From NCBI GenBank assembly GCA_029287435.1, contig JARFRD010000063.1, positions 5,431 through 69,430 of the forward strand: a stretch of 64,000 nucleotides of DNA, written 5' to 3'. Source of the DNA: Gammaproteobacteria bacterium. Its GTDB lineage: Bacteria; Pseudomonadota; Gammaproteobacteria; SZUA-229. Shown one piece after another: positions 49,151 through 58,466 of the stretch; the stretch's first letter is position 1; every line of letters starts with the position of its first letter. The position numbers and the translations under genes were made by a program. Below the pieces are notes generated by a model. That model did not search any database, was not told the origin of the DNA, and saw nothing but the letters and a program-made list of their open reading frames with translations.

Positions 49151-50812
49151 TTAAAGCGGCAGTCTGAAATATCTTGGTCCGTTCTGTGTAGTGCCTGAAC
49201 CTCGCCCAGCTTGCTGATGATTTAATTGTGGTATCTGCCACTGATTGTTTTTTTGATCGTCATCATTGTTATTGATATCCATCGCTATTACCCGGTTGCG
49301 CCCATATTCTTTTGCCCTGTACAGCGCTTTGTCCGCACGGGCAAGGGTATCACTGAGTCTGGCATCACCATCCATCGGCTGCAGTTGCGCTACACCGAAA
49401 CTGGATGAGATTAGTAATAATAAATCACCTGTTCTTAATGGAGACTGCTCAATTTTGTTACGGATTTTTTCCGCCAGAATCTTACCGCCGCTAAGGTCAC
49501 CGGTCATCAGCACCAGAAACTCCTCGCCACCAACACGAAACACAAAATCACTGGCACGGCAACAGTCACGTATAATGTCTGATACATGGGTCAGCACCTG
49601 ATCGCCAACCATATGGCCGTACTTATCATTAATAATCTTGAATTTGTCGAGATCGGCCAGTATGAAAGTAATAGACTTGCCCTGGCGCGTGGCATCGGAT
49701 AATAGTTTGGGATAAAGATCGTACAGATAGCGGCGGTTATACAATCCGGTAAGTGAGTCGGTCGTGGCCTGCTCTTCCAGCTGCGCATGCACACGGTCGA
49801 CCTCATCCTGCTTTTCTTTCAAACGCGCAATCATGTCCTGAAACTTGTTTATCAGGTAACCAAATTCATCCCTCGACTGGGTTGCCTCGATTTTGGGAAA
49901 CTGTCCATCACCAACATCGTTCATAATGCTGACCAGGCGACCCACTGGTTGGCTGAAGTTACGTATCATGGCAATACCAATAACAAGAATGATGACGCTA
50001 ACGCCGATTGCTAATATCAGCATTTGTGAACGATTCCGGTCTAGCTGACTAGTAAGCTCTGGATTTGAAAACCCGAACCATACCTGTGGTAATTTATTTT
50101 CTTCAAAATACGATATTTTACTGACCAGGAAATCGCCCTGTATCAGCCGTAACAGGCCATTTCTTTGTTTAACTTTCTGACCAGAAAGATCTTCCTCTAG
50201 CGAAGAACGGAGTATTTTCCCATTGCCTACAACAAAGAACTGACCATAGCCGGTATCACGTGCTGTATCTATCAGGCTGGCATCCATTGTGTTTGTCAGC
50301 ACTACATAGCCGAGATATTCATTTTGATAGTAAACAGGCATAGAGACCGCCATCTCGATACTTTTATCCGTCGAGTAGTATAAAATCTCGCCATCCAATT
50401 TCTCGATATTCGGTTTTTTGCTAATCGCTGACAGCAATTGCTTATCATCTCCAATCAACACATCGCCGTTTTTAGAGATGATTGCCGCGCTCTTGTATTT
50501 GAGCCATCCAAACTGTCTTTGAAACAATTCATGCAATGGATCGGTTTCGGTGCCGATGCTGACAACTACAAACATATACTCGCGCAACTGGATATTGTCA
50601 CTGATCAGGCGAGCACTCTGCTCTAATTCATGCTCTTCCAGTTTGATCTTGGCATCGAGCTGTGACGAAAATAGTCCCAGGTTGCGATTGGCCGCATCAA
50701 GGATCGCATCACGACTTTGCCCATAGAAATAGTACAGAACACAAATCAGAAACAACTCCAGCAACACGACATAAAGGATTAGCCGGTTTCTATAAGTATG
50801 TGGAGGTGCCAT
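49151..50812 (-). CDS. membrane diguanylate cyclase (Cache-like sensor, HAMP, GGDEF)
   Basis: Two TMs, HAMP, TDSLTGLYNRR, DLDKFKIIND, RASD I-site, GGEEF. Confidence 0.92.
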   Translation of the reverse strand: MAPPHTYRNRLILYVVLLELFLICVLYYFYGQSRDAILDAANRNLGLFSSQLDAKIKLEEHELEQSARLISDNIQLREYMFVVVSIGTETDPLHELFQRQFGWLKYKSAAIISKNGDVLIGDDKQLLSAISKKPNIEKLDGEILYYSTDKSIEMAVSMPVYYQNEYLGYVVLTNTMDASLIDTARDTGYGQFFVVGNGKILRSSLEEDLSGQKVKQRNGLLRLIQGDFLVSKISYFEENKLPQVWFGFSNPELTSQLDRNRSQMLILAIGVSVIILVIGIAMIRNFSQPVGRLVSIMNDVGDGQFPKIEATQSRDEFGYLINKFQDMIARLKEKQDEVDRVHAQLEEQATTDSLTGLYNRRYLYDLYPKLLSDATRQGKSITFILADLDKFKIINDKYGHMVGDQVLTHVSDIIRDCCRASDFVFRVGGEEFLVLMTGDLSGGKILAEKIRNKIEQSPLRTGDLLLLISSSFGVAQLQPMDGDARLSDTLARADKALYRAKEYGRNRVIAMDINNNDDDQKNNQWQIPQLNHQQAGRGSGTTQNGPRYFRLPL

Positions 50813-50815
50813 GAT

Positions 50816-51691
50816 TTACTGCTTTATTGGGACGAGCTCATATTGCTTCGCCACCCTGCTAAATTCCGGTCCAGTCTGCACACTGTTGATAATGTTCATG
50901 ACATCTGGCGACGCCTGCTTATTGGTCACTGCAGATAACACACGATAGTAGGGATAACGACCAGCACGCAGATTATCAGCGGTAGGTAAAACACCTCCGA
51001 CACTAACACTCTTTACACTGCTGTCGGGACCGAACTCCCATGTGGCACCGGTATGGCCAATGGCCCCAGGGAAATCAGTAACTCGTTTAACCATTTCTGC
51101 CGCACTTTTTACATTTAGGCGGTCTTTTCGGAACAAGCTGGCGTCCGGCAAAATAGTTTTCCAGTGGCCCGGTCTATGTTTACAGTGCAGGCGGTTAACC
51201 ACAACAATGGGTTTATCAGCACCTCCGACTTCATTCCAGTTTGTAATTTTACCACTGAATATTGCGCGCACCTGTTGCTGGGACAGATCTTTAATTTTAT
51301 TCTCTTTATTAACCAGGATCAGGATTGGTTCATTTGCTATAGGATGAACCTGTATATTCTTTTCTGTGACTTCCTTTTCGCTCAGTGGGCAGCAGACAAA
51401 GCCAAAGCTCTCGTGGCCAGGCCGATTCTGCTTTGCCATCTTGATACCGGCATTGCAACCCATGCCCAGCATGGACTCCTTGCCGAAAAGTTCCACCTTA
51501 CGGCCACTACTTTGTTCCAGCGCCGGCTTAAGATCATTAAAAATAACCCACGAGAAATGTGCGCCGGCACCTACAATTGGCGACTGATTTTCTTTATCGA
51601 CAGTAGCCTGATCGGCATAAACAGCGCCACAAAATATATAGAAAAGAACGAGCAGCGAAAACTGCATCCATTTGGTGTAATACTCCATCAT
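50816..51691 (-). CDS. PstS-like periplasmic binding protein, Cys/His-rich variant
   Basis: Signal peptide; ILILVNKEN, LSQQQVRAIFSGKITNWNEVGG, GAIG, GRYPYYR; 3 bp from the DGC start. Confidence 0.8.
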   Translation of the reverse strand: MMEYYTKWMQFSLLVLFYIFCGAVYADQATVDKENQSPIVGAGAHFSWVIFNDLKPALEQSSGRKVELFGKESMLGMGCNAGIKMAKQNRPGHESFGFVCCPLSEKEVTEKNIQVHPIANEPILILVNKENKIKDLSQQQVRAIFSGKITNWNEVGGADKPIVVVNRLHCKHRPGHWKTILPDASLFRKDRLNVKSAAEMVKRVTDFPGAIGHTGATWEFGPDSSVKSVSVGGVLPTADNLRAGRYPYYRVLSAVTNKQASPDVMNIINSVQTGPEFSRVAKQYELVPIKQ

Positions 51692-52024
51692 GATAACCTC
51701 TCTGTTTCCTTTGCAATTTGCTTAGCCCGCTATTGCTAAATATTAGACCAGTTCTGACCCGCTGCAGGCACTTTAAATGCTTTTATTTCATTTGTACTAT
51801 CGATTAACTAAAAGCTAATTTAAAAGTAGCAGATGAATACCATTCATCAAGAAAAAATGTTCGCTCATCAATAAAAAATTACCGTTTATCTGTATTAATT
51901 TGGTCAAATCAAAAAAAATGCGGGCAGTATAACTGGTGAAATAACTGATTTTACAGGGAAAATTCTGCCTACAACGAGCGCGAGAATTCAATCACGAATT
52001 TTTGTCGATAGCAGGGCTATGGCT

Positions 52025-52059
52025 AAAGGGGAAAGGGGACAGGGGAAAGGGGAAAGGGG
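52025..52059 (+). repeat. 5 x heptamer tandem repeat A(A/C)AGGGG
   Basis: AAAGGGG AAAGGGG ACAGGGG AAAGGGG AAAGGGG read directly. Confidence 0.9.
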
Positions 52060-52277
52060 AATTTATTCCCAGCTATCTGGAACTGTAAATTTTTTTTACT
52101 AAGCCAGGATGATTCCCCATCCTGAATCAATATGTTTTCACCAATTGCACCACTAGTATAGACTTGCGAGAATGGCCAGAGAACTATTGAGTTGCATAAA
52201 TCGTGTCTGGCATCTGATTGTCTGCAACCCAAATATCCATAAACGTTTCGTTGGAAGGCGAATGCTCTAACTGAACT

Positions 52278-54338
52278 ATGAATTATCTAAGCCCACAACA
52301 TATCTGTCATTCGCAGTCCTGTGCTCGACTAACAGGGTGGGTGCTGAGGTTTTATCTGATGTTGGCGTTTGGCTGTTTCATAATGCCTGCTCATGCGCTC
52401 GATACCATCAGTGTAAAGGGTGATGTTGCTGGTTTATCGCTGGGATTGAATCTGGTCTATCTGGAAGATGAAACGGGCGAGATTGCTATCGATGATCTGT
52501 TATCAGATGACGACCAGTCGTTTGCCTGGCGCAAGTCGCAGCAGAAAATTCCAGGTTTTGGTTTTACCACCACACCGTACTGGTTCAGTGTTGAAATAAA
52601 ATACGAGGACATAATACAAAAAAATCTCCTTCTAGAGGTCGGGACTTCGTTGCTGGACAATATCGATATCTATTTTGTGTCTAATGGCTCAGTCATCGAT
52701 TCCTATCACGTAGGTGATCATTATCCTTTTTCAGACAGGCCTGTTCTACACCGCAACTTCTTAATTCCTCTTTCAATTGATCCTGGCGAGCGTGTACAGG
52801 TTTATCTGCGTGTAAAAACTACTACAGCTCTGCAACTGCCGCTTAGACTGTGGACTGAAGATGCCTTCTACACGGAGGACGCATCCAAAATCTACGCTCA
52901 TGGCCTGTTCTATGGGATCATGCTGGTAGTGATGCTGTTCAGTTTGTTCTTCTATTTCTCTATCCGTGAACGTCAATACATTTACTACGCACTATACGTA
53001 TTTTTTCATACCGCATATCAGGCGGCTGCACATGGGGTAACCTTTCAGTACTTATGGCCAGATGGTATCTGGTGGAATGAAAAAAGTATTGCCGTGTTCA
53101 GTGGTGCGGCGATTGTTTTTAGCTCCCAGTTCGCCATTGAGTTCCTGTCCCTGAGAGCTTCTAAACAGAAGCTGTATGTATTCCTGAACACTATCGCAGC
53201 TGCCAGTGCTCTTACAGTCGTCGCTACCCTTGTCGTCCCCTATTCGATTACGATACAGATGATAATTCCGCTGGCACTGCTGATGGTAGCAGGTTGCTTT
53301 GTGTCTGGTATCACTCGCTGGCGGGAAGGCGATAAACCGGCGCAATTATACACAATGGCATGGGCCACTTTCCTGTTTGGCATTGCGTTGCTTACGCTCA
53401 ATCGAATTGATCTTATTCCTCGCAATATGCTTACTGAAAATGCTATGCAGGTCGGGTCTTCAATAGAAGTCATGCTGCTGCTGATTGCTATGTCGCAGCG
53501 GATTTCACTTGAGATTCGAGAAAGGTTCCGAATCCAGGAGAAGGCATTGGCAGAGCACCAGAACACTAATGTAATATTAGAAAGTCGTGTCCAGAGAAGG
53601 ACCACCGAGCTGGCAAGTAAAAATAAGCAACTCGAGGCAATATCTATAAAACTGGCCAAGTACCTGTCACCGCAAATATACCAGCAGATTTTCCAGGGAA
53701 AATGGGACGTGCACCTTGAAACCAGACGAAAAAAATTGACCATATTTTTTTCCGATATCAAGGACTTTACAGAAATCACCGACAGCATGGAACCGGAGGC
53801 ACTTACCGAGTTACTTAATAGTTATTTGAATGAAATGGCAGAGGTCGCACTGCAGTTTGGTGGTACGGTAGATAAGTTTATCGGTGATGCAGTAATGGTG
53901 TTTTTCGGAGACCCCGAATCCAAAGGCCATAAACAGGATGCCCTCGATTGCGTGATGATGGCGATGGAAATGCGTAAACGGATGGCTAAACTACGCGAGA
54001 AGTGGATGTCTGATGGAATTATTGAACCATTGCATATCCGCATAGGTATCAATACCGGCTACTGTACGGTGGGTAATTTTGGTTCGGATAATCGCCTCGA
54101 CTATACGATCGTTGGTGGGCAGGTCAACCTCGCCAGCCGACTGGAATCATTTGCTGAAATCGACAATATCCTGATATCTTTTTCAACCTATGCACTGGTT
54201 AAAGACCAGGTGACCTGCATACAGATGGGCGATGTCAAAGCCAAAGGATTCGAGAAATCGATAAGAACCTACAAGGTCGTGGACACAGTCGAGAATCTTG
54301 ATAGGCAAAGTAAGTTATCTGCAGCACCTACAGTGTAA
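52278..54338 (+). CDS. 7TM-DISM receptor adenylate cyclase (CyaB-like catalytic domain)
   Basis: 7TMR-DISMED2-like (YLEDETG, GFTTTPYWF, RPVLHRNF), 7 TM block, LAKYLSPQ, LTIFFSDIKDFT, DKFIGDAVMVFFGDP, YTIVGGQVNLASRLE. Confidence 0.9.
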   Translation: MNYLSPQHICHSQSCARLTGWVLRFYLMLAFGCFIMPAHALDTISVKGDVAGLSLGLNLVYLEDETGEIAIDDLLSDDDQSFAWRKSQQKIPGFGFTTTPYWFSVEIKYEDIIQKNLLLEVGTSLLDNIDIYFVSNGSVIDSYHVGDHYPFSDRPVLHRNFLIPLSIDPGERVQVYLRVKTTTALQLPLRLWTEDAFYTEDASKIYAHGLFYGIMLVVMLFSLFFYFSIRERQYIYYALYVFFHTAYQAAAHGVTFQYLWPDGIWWNEKSIAVFSGAAIVFSSQFAIEFLSLRASKQKLYVFLNTIAAASALTVVATLVVPYSITIQMIIPLALLMVAGCFVSGITRWREGDKPAQLYTMAWATFLFGIALLTLNRIDLIPRNMLTENAMQVGSSIEVMLLLIAMSQRISLEIRERFRIQEKALAEHQNTNVILESRVQRRTTELASKNKQLEAISIKLAKYLSPQIYQQIFQGKWDVHLETRRKKLTIFFSDIKDFTEITDSMEPEALTELLNSYLNEMAEVALQFGGTVDKFIGDAVMVFFGDPESKGHKQDALDCVMMAMEMRKRMAKLREKWMSDGIIEPLHIRIGINTGYCTVGNFGSDNRLDYTIVGGQVNLASRLESFAEIDNILISFSTYALVKDQVTCIQMGDVKAKGFEKSIRTYKVVDTVENLDRQSKLSAAPTV

Positions 54339-54481
54339 GTCAAACGGCACAAAAGATACTATCAGGTATAAAAAAGAGCAATCATTGACTGATTGAAAAT
54401 AGTCGTGCTCAGGCCTGCTGTTATTTTTGCCCCCGCCTGTTTGAGCACGCTGCCGCGTTGATTCTCTGCTTGACTAGCGAT

Positions 54482-55453
54482 CTAGGTCGTCAATATGGTC
54501 GATCCGCTTGTCTGGCGTGATTCCAGCGCATGGTGGGCCCTGATCGTTTCAGACAGGGGCCAGGTCTGGTTGATCTGGATGCCGATGATACCATTGCTGA
54601 CTGCGTCGATCAGTCGCTTTGCGCCGTCGACCAGAAGTTCGCGCGTCGCGGTGTGCGTCGCCAGGGTAGGGCGGGTCACATACAGCGAACCTTTCGACGC
54701 AAGGATCTTCGGTGCAAACGGCTCGACGTTGCCCGATGAATTGCCATAGCTGACCATCATGCCGAACGGCCGCAGTGCATCGAGCGAGGCATCGAAGGTC
54801 GCCTTGCCCACGCCGTCATAAACCACGGCGACGCCTTCACCATCGGTGAAGTCTTTGATCCGCTCAGGGATATTCTCTTCGCGATAGAGGATAGTGTGCT
54901 TGCAGCCATTGGCGGCAGCCAGTTGTGCTTTTTCCTGTGAACCAACGCAACCAATCACTGTAGCGCCAAGATGAGTCGCCCATTGTGTAAGCAACAAGCC
55001 GACACCACCGGCCGCGGCATAAACCAGCACGGTATCACCTGCCTTGACCGGATAGGTGCGAAATAACAGGTAGTGCGCGGTGAGTCCCTTCAGCATCATT
55101 GCCGCCGCGGTCTGATTATCGATGGTGTCGGGCAGTTTGATCAGCTTCTCAGCATCAATCAAACGAGACTCGGCATAGGCGCCAGCTACCATCGCATAGG
55201 CCACGCGATCACCGATGGCAAGCTCAGTTACGCCGTCACCGATGGCTTCAACCACGCCGGCTGCTTCCATACCAAGAGTCGCTGGTAGTTCGACAGGATA
55301 GGCGCCGCTACGCATGTAGATATCGATATAGTTCAGGCCGCACGCGGTCTGTCGCAGATACACCTGCCCGGGGCCTGGATCCTCAACCTCGAGTTCCTCC
55401 CACTGCAACACCTCAGCGCCACCGAATTCGTGAATGCGTACCGCATGTGTCAT
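54482..55453 (-). CDS. qor: NADPH:quinone oxidoreductase (zeta-crystallin family)
   Basis: GLNYID, GMEAAG, AAAMMLKGLTAHYL, AAAGGVG, VYDGVGK, YGNSSG, KGSLYVTRP. Confidence 0.92.
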   Translation of the reverse strand: MTHAVRIHEFGGAEVLQWEELEVEDPGPGQVYLRQTACGLNYIDIYMRSGAYPVELPATLGMEAAGVVEAIGDGVTELAIGDRVAYAMVAGAYAESRLIDAEKLIKLPDTIDNQTAAAMMLKGLTAHYLLFRTYPVKAGDTVLVYAAAGGVGLLLTQWATHLGATVIGCVGSQEKAQLAAANGCKHTILYREENIPERIKDFTDGEGVAVVYDGVGKATFDASLDALRPFGMMVSYGNSSGNVEPFAPKILASKGSLYVTRPTLATHTATRELLVDGAKRLIDAVSNGIIGIQINQTWPLSETIRAHHALESRQTSGSTILTT

Positions 55454-55594
55454 AAACTGCACCCGTTATATTTTGTATTTGTTCCTACCGATCATCAATG
55501 TAAATCGTGATATTAACAATTTAAAACTGATCAACAGCATAAACAGAATGCAAATGAAATATAAAAATCACCACGCTCAATCAGGCGTAACACG

Positions 55595-55750
55595 TCAATA
55601 TTTTTTGCCCGATAGTGTCATTATCCTTGCAGCCAACAGGATTAAAAGGATGAGAATCCCAAACGGATAGGGAAAGACATCGACAACGAATAATAGCAGG
55701 GTAACTGCCAGCAGCAGAAGAATAGCAATGAGGGGAATATCAAACTTCAT
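55595..55750 (-). CDS. unannotated 51-aa two-helix membrane protein
   Basis: MKFDIPLIAILLLLAVTLLLFVVDVFPYPFGILILLILLAARIMTLSGKKY; below ORF-track cutoff. Confidence 0.65.
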   Translation of the reverse strand: MKFDIPLIAILLLLAVTLLLFVVDVFPYPFGILILLILLAARIMTLSGKKY

Positions 55751-55901
55751 TTTCAAATCATATCAAATAAATCGTTTTTATCCGAAGGCAGGGGGGTGTA
55801 GAAGTTATGGCTTAGACTTTTACGCAAAAGTAAGATACTTGAACTATGGCCTTTTTCTCTTTTTCAACAGATTAATTTTTTTTCAAAAAAAATCATTTTG
55901 T

Positions 55902-55928
55902 GGGACCTAAATCATTCCTCCCGCGTCA
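55902..55928 (+). promoter_or_regulatory. candidate ECF sigma promoter
   Basis: GGGACC-N16-CGTCA preceded by an A/T tract, upstream of the dsrE/ECF sigma/anti-sigma genes. Confidence 0.5.
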
Positions 55929-56032
55929 TTACCTGTAACAGCACCATCAACAGCTAAGCAAAAAACACAAATTGATGAGTGTTAAACCATTAATAAGCAA
56001 CAACTGCCAAAGCAGGATAAAGGAGAATTATC

Positions 56033-56401
56033 ATGTCAGACTCAAAAAAATTAGTAGTAATAGTAACAAGCGGTTTTAACGATGAACGTTCTTCCGTCGC
56101 ATGGAGCGTCGCCAACGGCGGCATCGCCTCCGGTTACGAAATCACTATGTTCATGGTCAGCTCAGGGGTAGACTGGGTACGCAAAGGCGCAGCAGATGTA
56201 GCCCGCCTGAACCCGCTCGATCCGACCGTCAAGGAAATGATACAGAACGTCATCGACAGCGGTGGTAAGATATTCGTCTGTCCACCCTGCGCAGGTGTAC
56301 GCGGCTACACCAAGGACGACCTGATCGAAGGCGCCGAACTCGCAGGTTCAACCGCCATGCTTGGCGTCGTCAGCGAAGGCGCACAGACACTGACCTTTTG
56401 A
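56033..56401 (+). CDS. DsrE/DsrF-like family protein
   Basis: KLVVIVTSG, MFMVSSGVDWVRKG, KIFVCPPCAGVRG, DLIEGAELAG; RBS AAGGAG. Confidence 0.85.
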   Translation: MSDSKKLVVIVTSGFNDERSSVAWSVANGGIASGYEITMFMVSSGVDWVRKGAADVARLNPLDPTVKEMIQNVIDSGGKIFVCPPCAGVRGYTKDDLIEGAELAGSTAMLGVVSEGAQTLTF

Positions 56402-56416
56402 TACAGACAATCGATG

Positions 56417-56450
56417 CCTCTCCCCGCTGGGGAGAGGTCCAGGTCGAGGG
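56417..56450. repeat. REP-like palindromic element
   Basis: CCTCTCCCC-GCT-GGGGAGAGG perfect 9-bp stem followed by a degenerate GG..GAGGG tail. Confidence 0.55.
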
Positions 56451-56456
56451 ACATTT

Positions 56457-57155
56457 TTGACTTTTACGGAAAACCTGAAGAGTATATCTGGCAGCCAACA
56501 ACGCATATATAAACCACCTTCAACACAGTGGCACATTGAATTGAACGATAGTGAAATAAAAACCTGGTTTACAGACAGCATAAAGGAAAACATGGACTCT
56601 CTTTATGCCGTCGCCAGACGCTTGACGCATAACAATACCGACTGTGAAGATCTGGTTGCCGAATCCGTCGCTAAAGCCTGGTCAGCCATCAAAAGCCTCG
56701 ATGATCGCAGTCGCTTTCGTCCATGGATGTTCCGTATCCTGCATAACTGTTTTATCAGCGACTATAGGAAGAAATCCGTACGACCCGTCGAAACCTGTTA
56801 TGAAGACGTCACCGGCGGCAATGACAAAGAAGAAGTATCGAATCTGTTAATTAAACAACCCAATGAATTCCTCGAATGGTGGGGCAATCCTGAGAAGGAG
56901 TTCGTTAATAACCTGCTCGGTGAAGACATCATGAAAGCCATCGAATGCCTGCCCGAATCATTTCGAATAACCGTATTACTAATTAACCTGGAAGGCCTTT
57001 CCTATGACGAAACAGCCGAGGTGCTGGGCATCCCACCCGGCACTGTACGTTCACGCATGAAACGCGGACGCACATTGCTGCAAAAGCAGTTATGGCAGCA
57101 TGCACAGGATGCCGGACTTACCGCAGGCAATGCAACAAAGGAGTGCACCACATGA
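56457..57155 (+). CDS. ECF RNA polymerase sigma factor (SigR/SigH-like)
   Basis: LYAVARRLT, EDLVAES, FRPWMFRIL, region 4 LPESFR...EGLSYDETAEVLGIPPGTVRSRMKRGR; true start probably near 56541. Confidence 0.92.
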   Translation: MTFTENLKSISGSQQRIYKPPSTQWHIELNDSEIKTWFTDSIKENMDSLYAVARRLTHNNTDCEDLVAESVAKAWSAIKSLDDRSRFRPWMFRILHNCFISDYRKKSVRPVETCYEDVTGGNDKEEVSNLLIKQPNEFLEWWGNPEKEFVNNLLGEDIMKAIECLPESFRITVLLINLEGLSYDETAEVLGIPPGTVRSRMKRGRTLLQKQLWQHAQDAGLTAGNATKECTT

Positions 57156-57418
57156 GCAGCGACAAACACCCTCACCACCATGACGTGGAAGAGATTGATT
57201 GCCTGGAAGCCATCGATAATCTATACGCCTATCTCGATGGGGAACTAACTGATGATGAAACACTGGCCAGGTTCAGGAAACACCTCGACCATTGCAAGAG
57301 CTGCTATTCAAGATCGGAACTTGAGGGTGTCATCAATGAACGCATCAAGGAATCGGGCAAGGGCAAAACACCGGATACACTGAAGGACAGGATCTGTGAT
57401 TTTTTGGATGATCTTTAA
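57152..57418 (+). CDS. soluble zinc-binding anti-sigma factor (ZAS, RsrA/RshA-like)
   Basis: ATGA overlap; DCLEAIDNLYAYLDGEL and HLDHCKSC (Hx3Cx2C); no TM segment. Confidence 0.88.
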   Translation: MSSDKHPHHHDVEEIDCLEAIDNLYAYLDGELTDDETLARFRKHLDHCKSCYSRSELEGVINERIKESGKGKTPDTLKDRICDFLDDL

Positions 57419-57583
57419 AATGTTCCTGACATCAATTCAAATGATGGAATCCGTATAACTTTGCACTATATATTTTTACCCTTTTGACACAGGGTCTGGT
57501 ATAGAAGGGGGTATCGAACAAACCACACTGCGGTGCTGATCCCCTTTGATGAAAATAGTAAAAAATGGACGGATTAATGCCTA

Positions 57584-58282
57584 TCACTTGCCAGTAATAT
57601 AGTGTTTATCATCGAAGGTCATTACCCAGTGGGGTTTATAAATGACAAACGCACTGATCAGCATGCCGGTGATAAAGGCTTCCGGGATCATAAACAGGGG
57701 TATGTAGACCAGTGATTCTGAAACCAGCTGACTGTCCGGGTAGGCATGGACCAGGCTCAATAAAGCAATAGCCGACAGGCGGTTTGCAGCAACGGCAATA
57801 CCGGCACCAAAATAGGCGACAACAAAAATGTAGATAAAGAAATTGGCCGGTAGCTTTTTCTGCGACAGGCGGAGAATGCCGTAACTGACAAATACCGGGA
57901 CAGCGATACTCAGCAGGCCATTAATACCGAGGCTGAGCAGATCACTGTGCTGCAGCAGCGCGCTGGCAAGTAGTATTGTGCTCAAACCTAGCACGGCAAG
58001 TGGCCAGCCGAACATCAGGGTAAATATCGTCGCACCCAGATGGTGAAAGCCCAGTCCAGGAGAAATACCCGCCTTAATCTTCCACAGTAGTAATAAAGCC
58101 ACCATTGCACCGAAATAGACATGCTGGCTGGGTTTGTTTTTCAACAGCTCAGTAAACGAGAAATTTTTTAGCGCAAAAAGAATCAGCGCAAGCATTAAGA
58201 TGTTAGCCACCCACATTAACGTGGACGGTAGCAGGCTGGCGGGGATATGTAGGCCAATAAGCCAGTAGGTCTCATTCTGCAT
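57584..58282 (-). CDS. CbiM-like ECF substrate-capture membrane protein
   Basis: Polytopic; LHIPASLL near N-terminus, FHHLGATIFTLMFGW, LGINGL, PEAFITGM. Confidence 0.78.
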   Translation of the reverse strand: MQNETYWLIGLHIPASLLPSTLMWVANILMLALILFALKNFSFTELLKNKPSQHVYFGAMVALLLLWKIKAGISPGLGFHHLGATIFTLMFGWPLAVLGLSTILLASALLQHSDLLSLGINGLLSIAVPVFVSYGILRLSQKKLPANFFIYIFVVAYFGAGIAVAANRLSAIALLSLVHAYPDSQLVSESLVYIPLFMIPEAFITGMLISAFVIYKPHWVMTFDDKHYITGK

Positions 58283-58466
58283 CGATCTATTTTACCGCAG
58301 GATTACTGGGTCAGATAGCCGTTTCCTGTTGGAAGAGCATAGTCTGATTTCACGACCGGGTTTTAGATCCGTGTTTACGGGGGCGTTGGCACCTCTTCTT
58401 CAGGCAGCTGATGGACAAATACCGTGTCCTGGCTGCAGGCGCCGTTTGCAGCGAACAAGGTGCTAA

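Noticed and set aside
58283..58466. Cobalamin or NiCo riboswitch upstream of the CbiM-like gene
   Set aside because: Reading the minus strand I found no B12-box or other conserved core; an Rfam scan would be needed to exclude it fully
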